Source: Chiloscyllium plagiosum
Taxonomy: Eukaryota
DNA length: 64,000 bases
Direction: 5' to 3'
Assembly (NCBI RefSeq): GCF_004010195.1
Contig: NC_057752.1
Coordinates: forward strand, 15,769,348-15,833,347
The notes under the pieces are model-generated. The model was not told the origin of the DNA. It was given only the letters and a program-made list of their open reading frames with translations, and did no database searches. A program made the position numbers and the translations under genes. Positions 62,890-64,000 of this stretch are shown in pieces (the stretch's first letter is position 1; each line of letters begins with the position of its first letter).

Positions 62890-63570
62890 TCCACAGGGAT
62901 CGGTTCTGGGTTCTCTTTTGTTTGTCGCTTATATAAATGATTTGAATGAATATAGAAGGTATGGTTAGTAAGTTTGCGGATAACACCAAAATTGGTGGCA
63001 TAGTAGACAGTGAAGAAGTTTTTTTAAGAGTACAAAGGACATTGGTGAGGTCACTTCTGAAATACTCTGCAATTCTAGTCATCCAGTTATAGGAAAGTTA
63101 TTATCAAGCTGGAGCGGGTTCAGAAGAGATTTAGCATGATGTTGTAGGGCATGGAAGGTCTGAGTTATGAAGAAAGGTGAGATAGCTTGGGACTTTTCTC
63201 ACTGGAGAGTAGGAGGCTAAGAGGTGACCTTATAGAAGTTTATAGATAGAATTATTGGTGGTTCTCTTTTCCCTGGCATTGGAGATTTCAAGACTGGGCA
63301 CATTTTTAAGGTGAGAGGAGAAAGATTTTAAAAAAGACATGAGGCAAATTTTTCACACAGGGTGGTTTGCATGTGGAATGAACTTTCTGAGAAAGTGGTG
63401 GATATGGATGCAATTACAATGTTTAAAAGACATTTGGATAGATACATGAATAGGAACCGTTTGGAGGGATATGGGCCAGGAGCGGGCAGATGGGACTAGT
63501 TTGGGATTATGTTTGGCATGGATTGGTTGGATTGAAGGGTTTGTTTCCATGCAGTAAGTCTCTATGACTA
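62890..63570 (+). mobile_element. CR1 LINE RT and 3' fragment with internal deletion, in PSMB6 intron 1
   Basis: [18 protein letters not shown], agtttgcggataac, tail tctatgacta. Confidence 0.85.
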
Positions 63571-63699
63571 TCTAATAATACAAAAGATAAGACAGAAACG
63601 TTCACAGCAATCATCAGCCAGAATGAATGTGTCTCCCTCCAGTGTTCCTCAGCATCAGAAATGCCAGTGCTCAGCAAATTTGATTCGCTTCACGTGAGT

Positions 63700-64000
63700 T
63701 TTTAAAAATTCATTCACAGGATGAGGGCAGCGCTGGCTTGGTCAGCATTTATTGCCCATCTCTAATTACCAAGAGGGCAGATAAGAGTCAACCACATTGC
63801 TGAGGGTCTGGAGTCACGTGTAGGCCAGACCGGGTAAGGATGGCAGTTTCCTTCCCTAAAGGACATTAGTGAACCAGATGGGTTTTTCCAACAATCGACA
63901 ATAGTTTCATGGTCATCATTAGACTCTTAATTTCAAATTTTACTGAGTTCAGATTACATCATCTGCCGTTGTAGGATTCAAACCCGGATCCCCAGAACAT
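63700..64000 (-). mobile_element. Deu-domain tRNA-derived SINE (SacSINE1-like), running off the window end
   Basis: The - strand has B box gggtttgaatcc, aaaaacccatctggttcactaatgtcc...gcaatgtggttgactctt, and tail gggcaataaatgctg...gaatgaat. Confidence 0.8.

Noticed and set aside
62325-63082. Repetitive Arg/Ala-rich ORFs on both strands, and a possible CRISPR-like array
   Set aside because: They arise from the stop-free 35-bp GC-rich tandem repeat. The units are contiguous with no unique spacers, and the DNA is vertebrate

Overview
Vertebrate genomic DNA, most likely a shark or other cartilaginous fish (HE1-type V-SINEs, Deu-domain SINEs, abundant CR1 LINEs, Penelope remnants). It is mostly decayed retroelements, with two N gaps (16726-17221, 44316-45072). 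Three spliced + strand genes could be reconstructed by hand. (1) A small four-exon gene (~135 aa, 23669-34274) carrying a clear espin-type WH2 actin-monomer-binding segment but no ankyrin repeats and no actin-bundling module. (2) A four-exon GLTPD2 (289 aa, 36118-53010). (3) Exon 1 of PSMB6 (62564-62680), preceded by a 35-bp tandem array of ZNF143-like sites. The GLTPD2-PSMB6 order matches the mammalian locus. Notable mobile DNA: a full-length TSD-flanked L1 with nested insertions; a single-ORF LINE whose head and tail match a SINE elsewhere in the window; two solo LTRs; and many Penelope-derived mini-elements, several of them fold-backs, carrying minimal hammerhead ribozymes. All family names come from pattern recognition, not database searches.
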